Source of the DNA: Pristiophorus japonicus
Taxonomy: Eukaryota
Reading direction: 5' to 3'
Length of the DNA: 64,000 bases
Assembly (NCBI RefSeq): GCF_044704955.1
Contig: NC_091981.1
Location: 264,926,001 to 264,990,000, forward strand
The translations under genes were made by a program, and so were the position numbers. Below the pieces are notes generated by a model. The model saw only the letters and a list, made by a program, of their open reading frames with translations. It had not been told where the DNA came from and ran no database searches. Shown piece after piece: positions 12,089 to 23,154 of the stretch (position 1 is its first letter; every line of letters starts with the position of its first letter).

Positions 12089-12311
12089 TGTTGTGTATTG
12101 ATGTGTGTATCGTCCTGGTACCTTAAATGTAATGTAAGCACAATGCTACACCACAGAGGGCACTGTGGTGGGAAACCTGGAAGTGCCTGCAACAGGCACT
12201 ATAAAAGGCTGACCACCATACCTGAGAGGCACTCTGGAGCTGAACAATAAAGGACGAAGGATTTACACCAGACCGTGTGGAGTCAGTGATTTGTGTGCTA
12301 CATACACCACA
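12089..12311 (+). repeat. 3' LTR
   Basis: Direct repeat of 8702-8932 with several substitutions and small indels. Confidence 0.93.
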
Positions 12312-12677
12312 ATTTTTATCTGGAGAAAATTCATCTCAGGTCCTGAGGTTGTTGTAACCAAAGGGTGAAGCTGAGTAGGGAGATAAACAATGACAACAGA
12401 AGAAAATATACCGTGGGAATAGGACAAGGAGACACAAATTCAAATTAGTAAAAAATAATTTTAGAACTGATATCAGGACGGGGTTCGTCTTGCAAAAAGT
12501 GACCAACACTTGGAGTGGTGGAGCGGAAACTCCTGGAATTATTTAAGAAACAATTAGATGCAGCAGGGGAGTATAAGATTGTTCTGGGTGGATGAATTAA
12601 GATGGACTGAATGACCTTCCTCATCAATAAGTATTTTGTGATCATATTTGAAGACTGAGCAACACTTCCAAATAACT

Positions 12678-13265
12678 ATACAGGGTATTGGTGAGGCCAC
12701 ACCTGGAGTACTGCGTACAGTTTTGGTCTCCGTATTTAAGGAAGGATATACTTGCATTGGAGGCTGTTCAGAGAAGGTTCACCAGGTTGATTCTGCAGAT
12801 GAGGGCGTTGACTTATGAAGATAGGTTGAGTAGGTTGGGCCTATACACATTGGAGTTCAGAAGAATGAGAGGTGATCTTATTGAAACTTATAAGATAATG
12901 AGGGGGCTCAACAAGGTGGATGCAGAGAGGATATTTCCACTCATAGGGTAAACTAAAACTAGGGGACATAGTCTGAGAATAAGGGGCCGCCCATTTAAAA
13001 CTGAGATGAGGAGGAATTTCTTCTCTCAGAGGTTTGTAAATCTATGGAATTCTCTGCCTCAGAGAGCTGTGGAGGCTGGGTCATTGAATATATTTAAGGC
13101 AGAGATAGACAGATTTTTGAGCGATAAGGGGTTATGGGGAGCGGGCAGAGAAGTGGAGCTGAGTCCATGATCAGATTAGCCATGATCTTATTGAATGGCG
13201 GAGCAGGCTCGAGGGGCCAAATGGCCTACTCCTGCTCCTGTTTCTTATGTTCTTATGTTCTTATA
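12678..13265 (+). mobile_element. CR1 3' fragment
   Basis: [15 protein letters not shown]...RRMRGDLIE; TTCTTATG tail. Confidence 0.9.
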
Positions 13266-13699
13266 ACCTGTGAGATAGATATACATCCAGACACTGGGGG
13301 AAACTCCATCCTGATAAGGATACAATCCTCAACCATATTGATAAAGTGAATGCAAACCAACATCGAGAGAGGAAATTGGAAAAGGCAATTCAATTTAGAA
13401 AGACTATTTTTTTTAAAGACATATTACCGAGCTCGAAACACATTTAAATAAATCCAGGTGTGTCTAGTGCCACAGAGTTAATCATTGCATGGATCTATTT
13501 TCCTCTCAGTAATGAGAAACAATCCAAATCAGATATTTCATAAGTTCTACATCAGTTTCAAAATCCTCCCTGACCCAAGCTGTGTTAGAATCACCAGGCT
13601 CCATAAAACCATTTTATTGTTCCCTGCAGATCTATGTGCTCAAGTCAACGTTAATGGTGAAACTTACCAAGATCACGATGGACACCTAAATAAGTATAG

Positions 13700-14440
13700 A
13701 TGCGGGAGGCAATTTGGCCCATCTAGTTCATCCTTCCATGGAAACTTGCAGTTCTCCTGCTCCTGTCTAACAGCATCTTGCCATCGCTTGGGCAATGTTA
13801 TTGCAGATATTGATCATTCTTTGCATAAGGAAATGTTTCCTAACCCCAGTCCTGAAATTGTGTTTAGCCAGTCTGTACCAATGGTTTAACCTGAAGCAAT
13901 GGTTAGGATTAACTTTTTGTGTTCCACTCAATACTCAATAAGGTGCAAAGCACGGTAAAGCTTCAACATCAGATTTATAATCTATCTATTTTGCAATAAA
14001 GACCAACATTCTGTTTGCTTTTTGATGACTGCTCGGCAATGATTACACATGAGTCTTGAGTCCACTATCATCACAGAATCTTTCAGGTGCTCCCCTAACT
14101 CATTCAGTATTGCACAGTAAGTACACTTGTCTTGATTTATTTTCAAATGTATAAAATCTTGTCCTTCTATCAGCATTGAATTTCATTTACTGTAGTTCTG
14201 CCCATTTGAAAATATTATTAAGGTCCTTCTGCAATTCTTTGGTTGCTTCAACAGACTCAACTTTCCCCTCCCTCAGATTGTTACCATCTAGAAATTTGAG
14301 AAACCTGCATGAGGTTTCTGGATCCAGGTCACTTACTTAAATCGAAAACAGCAGGGTCTCCAGCACTGATTCCTGGAGACATTCCATTCAGCATATCTTT
14401 CCAGCCCAACATCAATCCCCTAACTAGTACCTGTTGCTTC
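13700..14440 (-). mobile_element. Ancient, highly degraded CR1 RT fragment
   Basis: Minus strand retains traces of GSVLG/KFADD-like and AVIKK...ML segments. Confidence 0.5.
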
Positions 14441-14479
14441 CCCTCTCTGTCGATTCCTCATATACTTTTAGGTTTTGCT

Positions 14480-14875
14480 TAGGAAACATAGGAACAGGAG
14501 TAGGCCCTTCAGCCCCTCAAGCCTGTTCCACCGTTCAATTAGATCATGGCCGAACTGTACCTCAACTCCCTTTAATCGCCATTGCTTCATATCCCTTGAT
14601 ACCCTTGCCTAACAAAAATCTAGCGATCTCAGCCTTGAAAAATTAATTGACCCAGCATCCATAGCCTTTTGTGGGAGAGAACTCTTGATTTCCACTAACC
14701 TCTGTGTGAAAAAAGTGCTTCCTGATTTCACTCCTAAATGGCCTAGTGCTAATATTAAGATTATGTCCCCTTGTTCTGGATTCCCCCACCAGAGGAAATA
14801 GTTTCTCTGTATCTACCCAATTGAATTCCTTAATCATTTTAAATTCATTCGTCAGATCACCTCTCAGCCATCTTA
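14480..14875 (-). mobile_element. CR1 3' fragment
   Basis: LRGDL...KLFPLVGESRTRGH on the minus strand; tail at ~14480. Confidence 0.85.
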
Positions 14876-15611
14876 AGGTTGTGTAGCACTTTGATTGCGT
14901 TCTTGCTACCATTAGATGAATATTAATTTCAATGTTAGTCCTGTGCTACTCATATGCACCAACATTTTTGTACTGGAGCTGCAGTGATGCAGGGTTACAA
15001 GTTGCCATTAGCGAACAGAACTGTTCCCTTCTACAATCACATACAATGAGAATGAATCAACGGAAGCCAGCCTTAATCAAAGGTCAGTTATTAGAATGTC
15101 CATACACCTTACATTGGCCCCTGGGCAGGAATGTACAGTTCTTGTGCACATGGGCCAGTTGCACAAGACCACAACATGAATGAAGCATTGAGATATTCAG
15201 ACATTTTCCACTGGAGCTGAGAAGGCTAAGGGAAGGTTTACTCAACTTTGAAAATTAAGTAGCATTTTAATAAGAATAACTATTTTTCTGGTTGGGGAGT
15301 CAGTGACAAAAGGTCAACAATTATTGCGAAAAGTGTGAGGAAAGAGGTCAGGAGAAATTTCCGAATGCAAAGAGTTGGAAGCCTTTACCAGGCAGACCAA
15401 TTGAGTTAGAGACCATTGCATATTTGAAAGAAAGAGTAGATAAACATAAGCAGAGGAAGGTGCAGCACTATGGGGAGAAGGCAAGGCAGTTGGTTTTGGA
15501 TTTTTCTCGCGAAGAGCTGGCACAGGCATGATGGTTGGAGAGGGTAAACTTCTAAATACAGATAAAGTATTTCAGTCCCTCTTAGCTGGATCTCAGATTG
15601 TCCACAGTGTT

Positions 15612-16060
15612 AGCTGTGGCTTAGTGCTAGCCTCTCACCTTAAAGTCAAAAGGTTGTGAATTCAAGTCTCACTTCAGAAACTTGAGCTACAAAATCTAGA
15701 GTGACCCACCAGTGCAGTGCTGAGGGAAATGCGTTGTCTTTTGGATGAGACATTTAAACCAAGGCCCTGTCTGCTCTCTCAGGTGGGTGTAAACGATCCC
15801 ATGGCATTATTTTGAAGAAGAGCAGGGGAGTTCTCCCTGGTGTCCTGACAAATATTTATCACTCAATCAACATCACTTTAAAAAAAACACAGATTATCTG
15901 GTCATTATCACATTGCTATTTGTAAGAGCTTGCCGTTCGCAAATTGGCTGTGTTTCCTGCATTACAACTGTGACTATACATCAAAAGTGCATAATTGACT
16001 ATCAAGCGCTTTGGGACACCCTGTAGTTGTAAATAGCACTATATAAATGCAAGTCTTTCA
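15612..16060 (+). mobile_element. Near full-length Deu-domain SINE (SacSINE1/AmnSINE1-like)
   Basis: tRNA-like head with A/B-box remnants (TGGCTTAGTG; GAATTCAAGTC); Deu core GGATGAGAC...CTCTCAGGTGG...GATCCCATGGCA...GAAGAAGAGCAGGGGAGTTCTCCC; L2-type tail AAGCGCTTTGGGAC...CTATATAAATGCAAGTC. Confidence 0.82.
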
Positions 16061-16069
16061 TTACTTTCT

Positions 16070-16395
16070 TTCTTAACCTCCTCTGCTTTAAGGAGAACAA
16101 CCCCAGTTTCTCCAATCTCCAGCCGTAACTGAAATCCCTCATTCCTGGGACCATTCTGGTAAATCTCTTCTGCACCCTCTGGAAGGACTTAACTTCCTTC
16201 CTGAAATGTGGTGCCAGAATTGGCCACAATACTCCAGCTGGGGCCTAACCAGTGTTTTATGAAGGTTTAGCATAAGTTCCTTGCTTTTGTACTCTTTGCC
16301 TCTATTTATAAAGTCAAGGAATCTGTATGCTTTTTTAACTGCCTTCTCAAGTTGTCCTGCTACCTTAAAAGATTTGTGTACATACAACTCCAGGT
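16070..16395 (-). mobile_element. CR1 fragment
   Basis: LHKTLVRPQLEYC and RFTRMVPGMRDFSY on the minus strand. Confidence 0.85.
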
Positions 16396-16494
16396 TTCTT
16401 TAAAAAAAATAACACTGAAGAAATTAGTGGAACCGACAGCCGATAAATCCCCTGGACCTGATGGCCTACAACTATTTTGTTGTAGAACATTAAT

Positions 16495-17060
16495 ACAAGT
16501 GCCCCCTGATTAAAGGGGGGCACTAAAACCAACAAATTTAAACAAATTAACCTTTAGACAGTCAACTTAAATCAAATTAAAATTTGGTTGCCGGGGGTGA
16601 TGATGCACTCCAGTCCCTCTGGTGCCCACCTCTCGCGAAAGGACCGGTAGACACCGCGTGCTCCATCTCCAGGGACACCCTGGCTCGGATGTAACCGCGG
16701 AAGAGAGGCAGGCAGTCGGGCTGAATGATCCCCTCGACCGCCCGCTGCCTGGATCGGTTGAAGGCCACCTTGGCCATGCCCTTACAAGCAGTCTTACGAG
16801 GAGGCCTTCCGACCTGCCCGCTCCCCTTCACACAGGATGCCCTAAGATCAGGAGTGTGGGACTGAAGTGCAACCAGAATTTGAGGAGCAGCCCCTTCAAA
16901 TAATGGAATAGGGGCTGCAACCTTACATATTCGACATATACATGGAACACGGAGTCCTCCAGACTGCAGAAATTGCAAGCGGCCTGGGAGTCCGTGAACC
17001 GACTTAAAAACTTATTGCACGGGACTGCTCCATGCAACACCCTCCTGAAGGCCTACATCC
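16495..17060 (-). mobile_element. Tx1/L1-clade LINE 3' fragment
   Basis: LHGAVPCN...CNFCSLEDSVFHVYVE (C-terminal CCHC knuckle region of Tx1 ORF2); 3' hairpin GCCCCC...GGGGGC shared with ~36058-36078. Confidence 0.75.
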
Positions 17061-18356
17061 TCGGGTTTTGAAAGAGCTATAGAATGGCTAACCAGTGTTT
17101 TGTGAAGGGTTAGCATAATTTCCTTGCTTTTGTACTCTTTTCCTCTATTTATAAAGCCAAGGAATCTGTATTTTTTGGTTGTCACCTTCCAAAATTCCAC
17201 AGATTCTAGAACGGTTCCCACAGATTGGAAAGTCGCAAATATAACCCCACTATTTAAGAAAGGAGGGAGAAAGAAAATAGGGAACTGCAGACCAGTTAGC
17301 CTGACATCAGTTGTAGGAAAAATGCGAGAATCTATTATTAAGGACGTGGTAACAGAGCACTCAGAAAATAATAATAGGATTGGGCAGAGTCAACACAGAT
17401 TTATGAAAGAGAAATCATGGTTAACAAATCTGTTAGAGTTTTTTGAGATTTTAACTCACAGAAAAGATAAAGGGGAAACTGTGGATGTGGAGCATTTAGA
17501 TTTGCAGAAGGCATTCGATTGGATCCACACAAGAGGTTATTAAACAAAATGTGGCCTCATAGGATTGGGGGTAATATTCTAGCATGGATTGAGGATCAGT
17601 TAATGGACAGAAAACAGAGAGTAGGAATAAACGGGTCATTTTCACGTTGGCAGGCTGTAACTAGTGGGGTACCGCAAGTATCAGTGCTTGGGCCCCAGCT
17701 ATTCACAATCTATATCAATGATTTGGATGAGGGGACCAAATGGAATATATCTAAGTTTGCTGATGATACAAAGCTAGGTGGGAATGCAAGTTGTGAGGAG
17801 GATGCAAAGAGGCTTCAAGAGGATATAGACAGGCTAAATAAATGGGCAAGAACATGGCAAATGGAATATAATGTGGAGAAATGTGAAGTTATCCACTTTG
17901 ATAGGAAAATAGAAAAAGAGTATTTTTTTAAATAGTGAGAGATTGCTAAAGGTTGGTATTCAGAGGAACCTGGGTGTCCTTGTACACAAATGATTGAAAG
18001 TTAAGCTGCAGGAACAGCAAGTAATTAAGAAAGCAAGTGGTATGTTGGCCTTTATTACAAGAGAAATTGAGTATGAGTAAAGATGTCTTATTGCAATTAT
18101 ATAAAGCCCTGGTGAGACTCATCGATCTAGATTGTGAATAGCTGGGGCCCAAGCACTGATACTTGCGGCACCCCACTAGTTACAGCCTGCCAACGCGAAA
18201 ATGACCCATTTAGTCCTGGAGTCCTGAAGTATTGTGCACAGTTTTAGTCTCCTTACCTAAGGTAGGTTATACTTGCCTTCGAGGGAATGCTACTAGACTG
18301 ATTCCAGGAATGAGGTGTTATCCTATGAGAAGAGATTGGGTAGACTTAGGCCCATG

Positions 18357-19398
18357 GGGCTCAAGTTTCAGCTGAGTTGCTCCTATTTTTTTTGAGCAAC
18401 TAGTTTAGAATGGAGCATCTTAGAAATTGCAATTCTCGGCATTTAGTTTGCTCCAGTTCTAGTGAGTTAGAATAGTTTCATTTTAGAACAGATTTTTTTT
18501 TCAAAAGGGGGCGTGTCCAGCCACTTATGCCTGTTTTGCAAGTTTAGGCAGCGAAAAGTTACTCCAAACTAACTTAGAATGGAGTAAGTGTAGATTTTTG
18601 TATGCTCAGGAAAACCTTGCCACACTTAGAAATCAGGCGTCGGGAACGAGAGATGGGCAGGGCGGGGGGGGGGTGGGGGCAGGGGGAAGTTTACAAACAT
18701 TAAACACTTCACTTTTACAAATAAAGAGCCATCATCAATAATAAATGATAAATAAATTAATAAATCAACCAATAAATCAATCCCAAAAAAAAATAAAAAT
18801 AAAAAAAAATAAAACAAAAAAATTTAAAAATAAAAAATAAAATAAATAATAAAAAATCAATTCAATAAATAAAAAATTAAGTTTCTACTCACCTACTGCA
18901 ACACCGGGAGCCCTCCAACAGCGTGCTGGAACGGGGCCTCCCCAGGAGATGCCATTCAGGCGGGCCCCGCCGCCGCCGACAACGCCACTTCGGGCGGGGC
19001 CCACACCCAGCGATGATCTCCGCCGCCGAGGACTTCGGGCAGGGCCCACCCCCAGTAAGATGCCGGGCAGGCCCTGCCACCGACAAGGTCAGGGGTGTCA
19101 GGCCACTCGGCCCAGGATAGGGGTGACGTCCCTTCGGCCAGGGATAGGGTCTTCACCCGGAGACAGGACGCACTGGGAGGGCCAGGAGCTACTGCGCATG
19201 CGCGCAGCTGCCGGCACTGTTTTTGGCGCAGGGCTGTAGCTCCGCCCCCAGCAGCTCCTGCTGAGCCGCACCGAGCTGGAAACGTGCCTATAGATATCGG
19301 AGAATCGCGAAGTAAGTATGCGGCGCAATTTCTGTTCTACAAATTAGGCGTGCCTCTCCGATGTGCGTCGTTCTAGCCAGGGTCCGAAACTTGAGCCC
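18357..19398. mobile_element. Harbinger-like MITE related to 4839-6507
   Basis: 13-bp TIR GGGCTCAAGTTTC / GAAACTTGAGCCC; shared internal blocks (TTAGAAATTGCAATT, TCAAAAGGGGGCGTGTCC, GGAGCTACTGC...GGCACTGTTTT); flanks ATG / ATA. Confidence 0.8.
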
Positions 19399-20094
19399 AT
19401 AGTCTCTAGAGTTTAAAAGAATGAGAGGTGATCTCTTTGAAACATACAAAATTCTGACAGGGCTTGACAGGGTAGATGCAGGGAGGGTGTTTCCCCTGGC
19501 TGCGGGGTACAGAACCAGCGGTCACAGTCTTAGATAAAGGGGTCGGCCATTTAGGACTGAGATGAGGAGAAATGACTTCACTCAGAGGGTGGTGAATAAT
19601 GATCTGCTCTGATCGTGCGTGAGAAAAATGTCAGAACAGAGTGTTCTATCTTTTTGTTGCTCCAATTCAAGCGCAAAATGCACTCACTCAATCTCTCTTT
19701 CCATCTTGAATTTAAAAACGTGTGCATATCCAGCACCCGGGATAGCTTTAGCTTCTAGTCCAGAGGCTTGTGTGTTTGAGTCCCAGACATTAATTTTGAT
19801 TTTGCCCGACCTCGCCAGGAAAGGAATAAAATCTGTCTGTACTGAATAAAGTCACAATCAAAACATGGAATTGTTTGTATCATTGTCATTGCCAAGTGTG
19901 ACATTGCTATTGGCTGTGGAAAATAGCAATGTATCCTTCTGCTATCAGGTCTGAATATTGCTTGTTTTGACCGATTACAATAGTTTTGGTGAGCATGTTT
20001 ATGTTGCGTATGTACGTGTGTGTGTGTGTGTGTGCATGTATGGCGTGCATGTATGCGTGTGCTTGTAGTTACGTGTACCAAGGTAGGCAGCGGC

Positions 20095-20584
20095 GGCCTG
20101 GGAGCAGCGTGGAGGTATGCCATTTCAGGGAGCAGCATGAGCTGGTGCAGGAGTGACGTCATCAAGGTCCAGGTCGGTGATTGGAGCGTGGGCAGATACA
20201 GCAGAAGCGGTGAAAGACTGTGGAGAGATGTGATTGGGGCCCAGGAGAGGCGTGATTTCAGCGCCAGAGGCGCAGGGGCAGCGAAGGCCAGCCCACACTG
20301 CGATATGTGCGCGCACTAGGTCCGTGCAGTAGAACAGGTCTCCAGTCATCTTGGATAACCCTTGCCACTGGACCAAGACCTAGCTCTGTCAAGCCCGTGT
20401 GGTGGCTGGTGTGCAACGGCCACCACACGTTAAAAAAATCCAAGCACAGGCATCTTCCACCCTTCAGGATGTAGTTCAGGACCTGGAATCTTAGGTCCTT
20501 CATTGAAACACCTGTGAACTCATCCTTTTTTGGCATGGAAGCAAGTCATCCTCATTTCAAGGGACTACCTATGATGATGATGAT
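20095..20584 (+). mobile_element. Non-autonomous bipartite RTE derivative (5' UTR plus EN start fused to the RTE 3' tail)
   Basis: Ends with GGAAGCAAGTCATCCTC...GGGACTACCT(ATG)n like the RTE copies; contains TTCAGGACCTGGAATCTTAGGTCC (decayed FGTWNVRS); second copy at 34717-35109. Confidence 0.75.
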
Positions 20585-21044
20585 GGTGAATCTTTGGAAT
20601 TCTCTACCCCAAAAGTCTGTGGAGGCTCAGTCGGTGAGTATATTCAAGAGAGAGATCGAAGGATTTTTGGATATTAAGGGAATCAGCCATGATCTTATTA
20701 AATGGCGGAGCAGACTCGTGAGGCTGAATGGCCTACTCCTGCTCCTAGTCTTATCTTCTTATATTCTCTGTTCCTGCATTCCCTTTAAAATTGTACCATT
20801 TTTTTTAATCTGTCATGTGTCTTGCCATTTCACCAATCTATCGAAGTCCTCCTGAAGTTTATTACCATCCTCTTCATTGTTTACTACATGTCACTGGATT
20901 GAGTCAGTCCATCACCACACTTGTTGATGTACCATTTCAGTTCTAGATCACACATTCATCCAATCCAACCTGTCATCAACTGCATTAAAGCTCACTCACG
21001 TAACAAATCCTGGGGTAAGAACAATAGAACACAAAAAATAACAA

Positions 21045-21665
21045 CAACTTGCATTTATATAGTGTCCTTAACATAGTTAAACATCCCAAAGCGCTTCACA
21101 GAAGTGTTATCAAATAAAATTTGACACCAAGCTGCATAAGGAAATATTAGGACAGGTAACCAAAAGCTTGGTCAGAGGTAATTTTAAGTCGCGTCGTTGA
21201 GGAAGAGCGCGAAATAGAGAGGCAGAGAGGGTTAGGGAGGGAATTCCAAAGTTTAGGCTCTAGGCAGCTGAAGGCACGGCCGCCAATAGTGGAACAATTA
21301 AAATGGGGGATATTAAAGGTGCCAGAATTGGACCAGCGCGGAGATTTCGGTGGGTTATAGGACTGAAAGAGGTTAAAGAGATAGGGAGGGTCAAGGCTCT
21401 GGAGAGATTTGAAAACAAGGATGAGAATTTTAAAATTGAAGCATTGCCGGACCAGCAGCCAATGTAGTTCAGCGAGTTCAGGGGTCATGGATGAATGGGA
21501 TTTGATGCAAGTTAGGATGCAGGCTGCAGACCTTTGGATGAGTTCAAGTTTATGGATGGTGCAAGGTGGGAGACTGGGCAGGAAAGCATTTGAATAGTTA
21601 TGTCTCGAGGTAACAAAGCTATGGATGAAGGTTTCAGCAGCAAATGCGCTGAGGCAAGGGCGCAG
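21045..21665 (-). mobile_element. L2-clade LINE 3' fragment
   Basis: AETFIHSFVTSRHNYSNAFL...LELIQRSAACILT...LHWL...FKIL; tail CTATATAAATGCAAGTTGTTG. Confidence 0.85.
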
Positions 21666-21764
21666 TAAACTATTAATGAAATCAGCCCTTAGCTCAATAA
21701 AATAGTTACACAGGCGCCAGCTCATGCTCTCAAGGCCCAGCTGGTGCAGCTACAAAACATAACA

Positions 21765-23152
21765 ACATAAGAATATGGAACAGGAGTAGGGCAGCCAGCC
21801 CCTCGAGACTGCTGCGCCATTCAACAAGATCATGGCTGATCTGGCGGTGGACTCAGCTCCACTTACCCGCCCGCTCCCCATAACCCTTAATTCCCTTATT
21901 GGTTAAAAATCTATCTATCTGTGATTTGAATACATTCAATGAGCTAGCCTCAACTGCTTCCTTGGGCAGAGAATTCCACAGATTCACAACCCTCTGGGAG
22001 AAGAAATTCCTTCTCAACTCAGTTTTAAATTGGCTCCCCCGTATTTTGAGGCTGTGCCCCCTCGTTCGAGTCTCCCCGACCAGTGGAAACAACCTCTCTG
22101 CCTCTATCATGTCTATCCCTTTCATTATTTTAAATGTTTCTATAAGATCACCCCTCATCCTTCTGAACTCCAACGAGTAAAGACCCAGTCTACTCAATCT
22201 ATCATCATAAGGTAACCCCCTCATCTCCGGAATCAACCTAGTGAATCGTCTCTGTACCCCCTCCAAAGCCAGTATATCCTTCCTTAAGTAAGGCGACCAA
22301 AACTGCACGCAGTACTCCAGGTGCGGCCTCACCAATACCCTGCACAGTTGCAGCAACACCTCCCTGCTTTTGTACTCCATCCCTCTCGCAATGAAGGCCA
22401 ACATTCCATTCGCCTTCCTGATTACCTGCTGCACCTGCAAACTAACTTTTTGGGATTCATGCACAAGGACCCCCAGGTCCCTCTGAACCGCAGCATGTCG
22501 TAATTTCTCCCCATTCAAATAGTATTCCCTTTTTTTGTTTTTTTTCCCCAAGGTGGATGACCTCACACTTTCCGACATTGTATTCCATCTGCCAAACCTT
22601 AGCCCATTCGCTTACCCTATCTAAATCTCTTTGCAGCCTCTCTGTGTCCTCTACACAACCCGCTTTCCCACTAATCTTTGTGTCATCTGCAAATTTTGTT
22701 ACACTACACTCTGTCCCCTCTTCCAGGTCATCCATGTACATTGTAAACAGTTGTGGTCCCAGCACCGATCCCTGTGGCACACCACTAACCACCGATTTCC
22801 AACCCGAAAAGGACCCATTTATCCCGACTCTCTGCTTTCTGTTAGCCAGCCAATTCTCTATCCATGCTAATACATTTCCACTGACCCCGCGTACCTTTAT
22901 CTTCTGCAGTAACCTTTTGTGTGGCACCTTATCGAATACCTTTTGAAAATCTAAATACACCACATCCATCGGTATACCTCTATCCAACGTGCTCATTATA
23001 TCCTCAAAGAATTCCAGTAAATTAGTTAAACATGATTTCCCTTTCATGAATCCATGCTGCGTCTGCTTGATTGCACTATTCCTATCTAGATGTCCCGCTA
23101 TTTCTTCCTTAATGATAGTTTGAAGCATTTTCCCCACTACAGATGTTAAACT
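21765..23152 (-). mobile_element. CR1 subfamily B, 5'-truncated
   Basis: ORFs 22457-23206 and 21853-22578 carry the RT motifs, joined by one frameshift in an A-run. Confidence 0.93.
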
Positions 23153-23154
23153 AG

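Larger units (their letters stand above)
8702..12311 (+). mobile_element. Ty3/Gypsy LTR retrotransposon (Mag-like gag-pro), no pol, carrying two nested CR1 insertions
   Basis: LTRs 8702-8932 and 12089-12311 (TG...CA); 5-bp TSD ATTTT (8697-8701, 12312-12316); PBS TGGCGACTAGGA at 8934; G-rich PPT 12071-12082. Confidence 0.93.
17175..20762 (+). mobile_element. Older CR1 ORF2 3' half, interrupted by a MITE (18357-19398) and by 19598-20584
   Basis: DWKVANITPLFKKG, FADD; collinear resumption at 19399 and at GGTGAATCTTTGGAATTC (20585). Confidence 0.8.

Noticed and set aside
19730-19790. tRNA-like ACCCGGGATAGCT...GTTTGAGTCCC
   Set aside because: No complete cloverleaf; at most a decayed SINE head.
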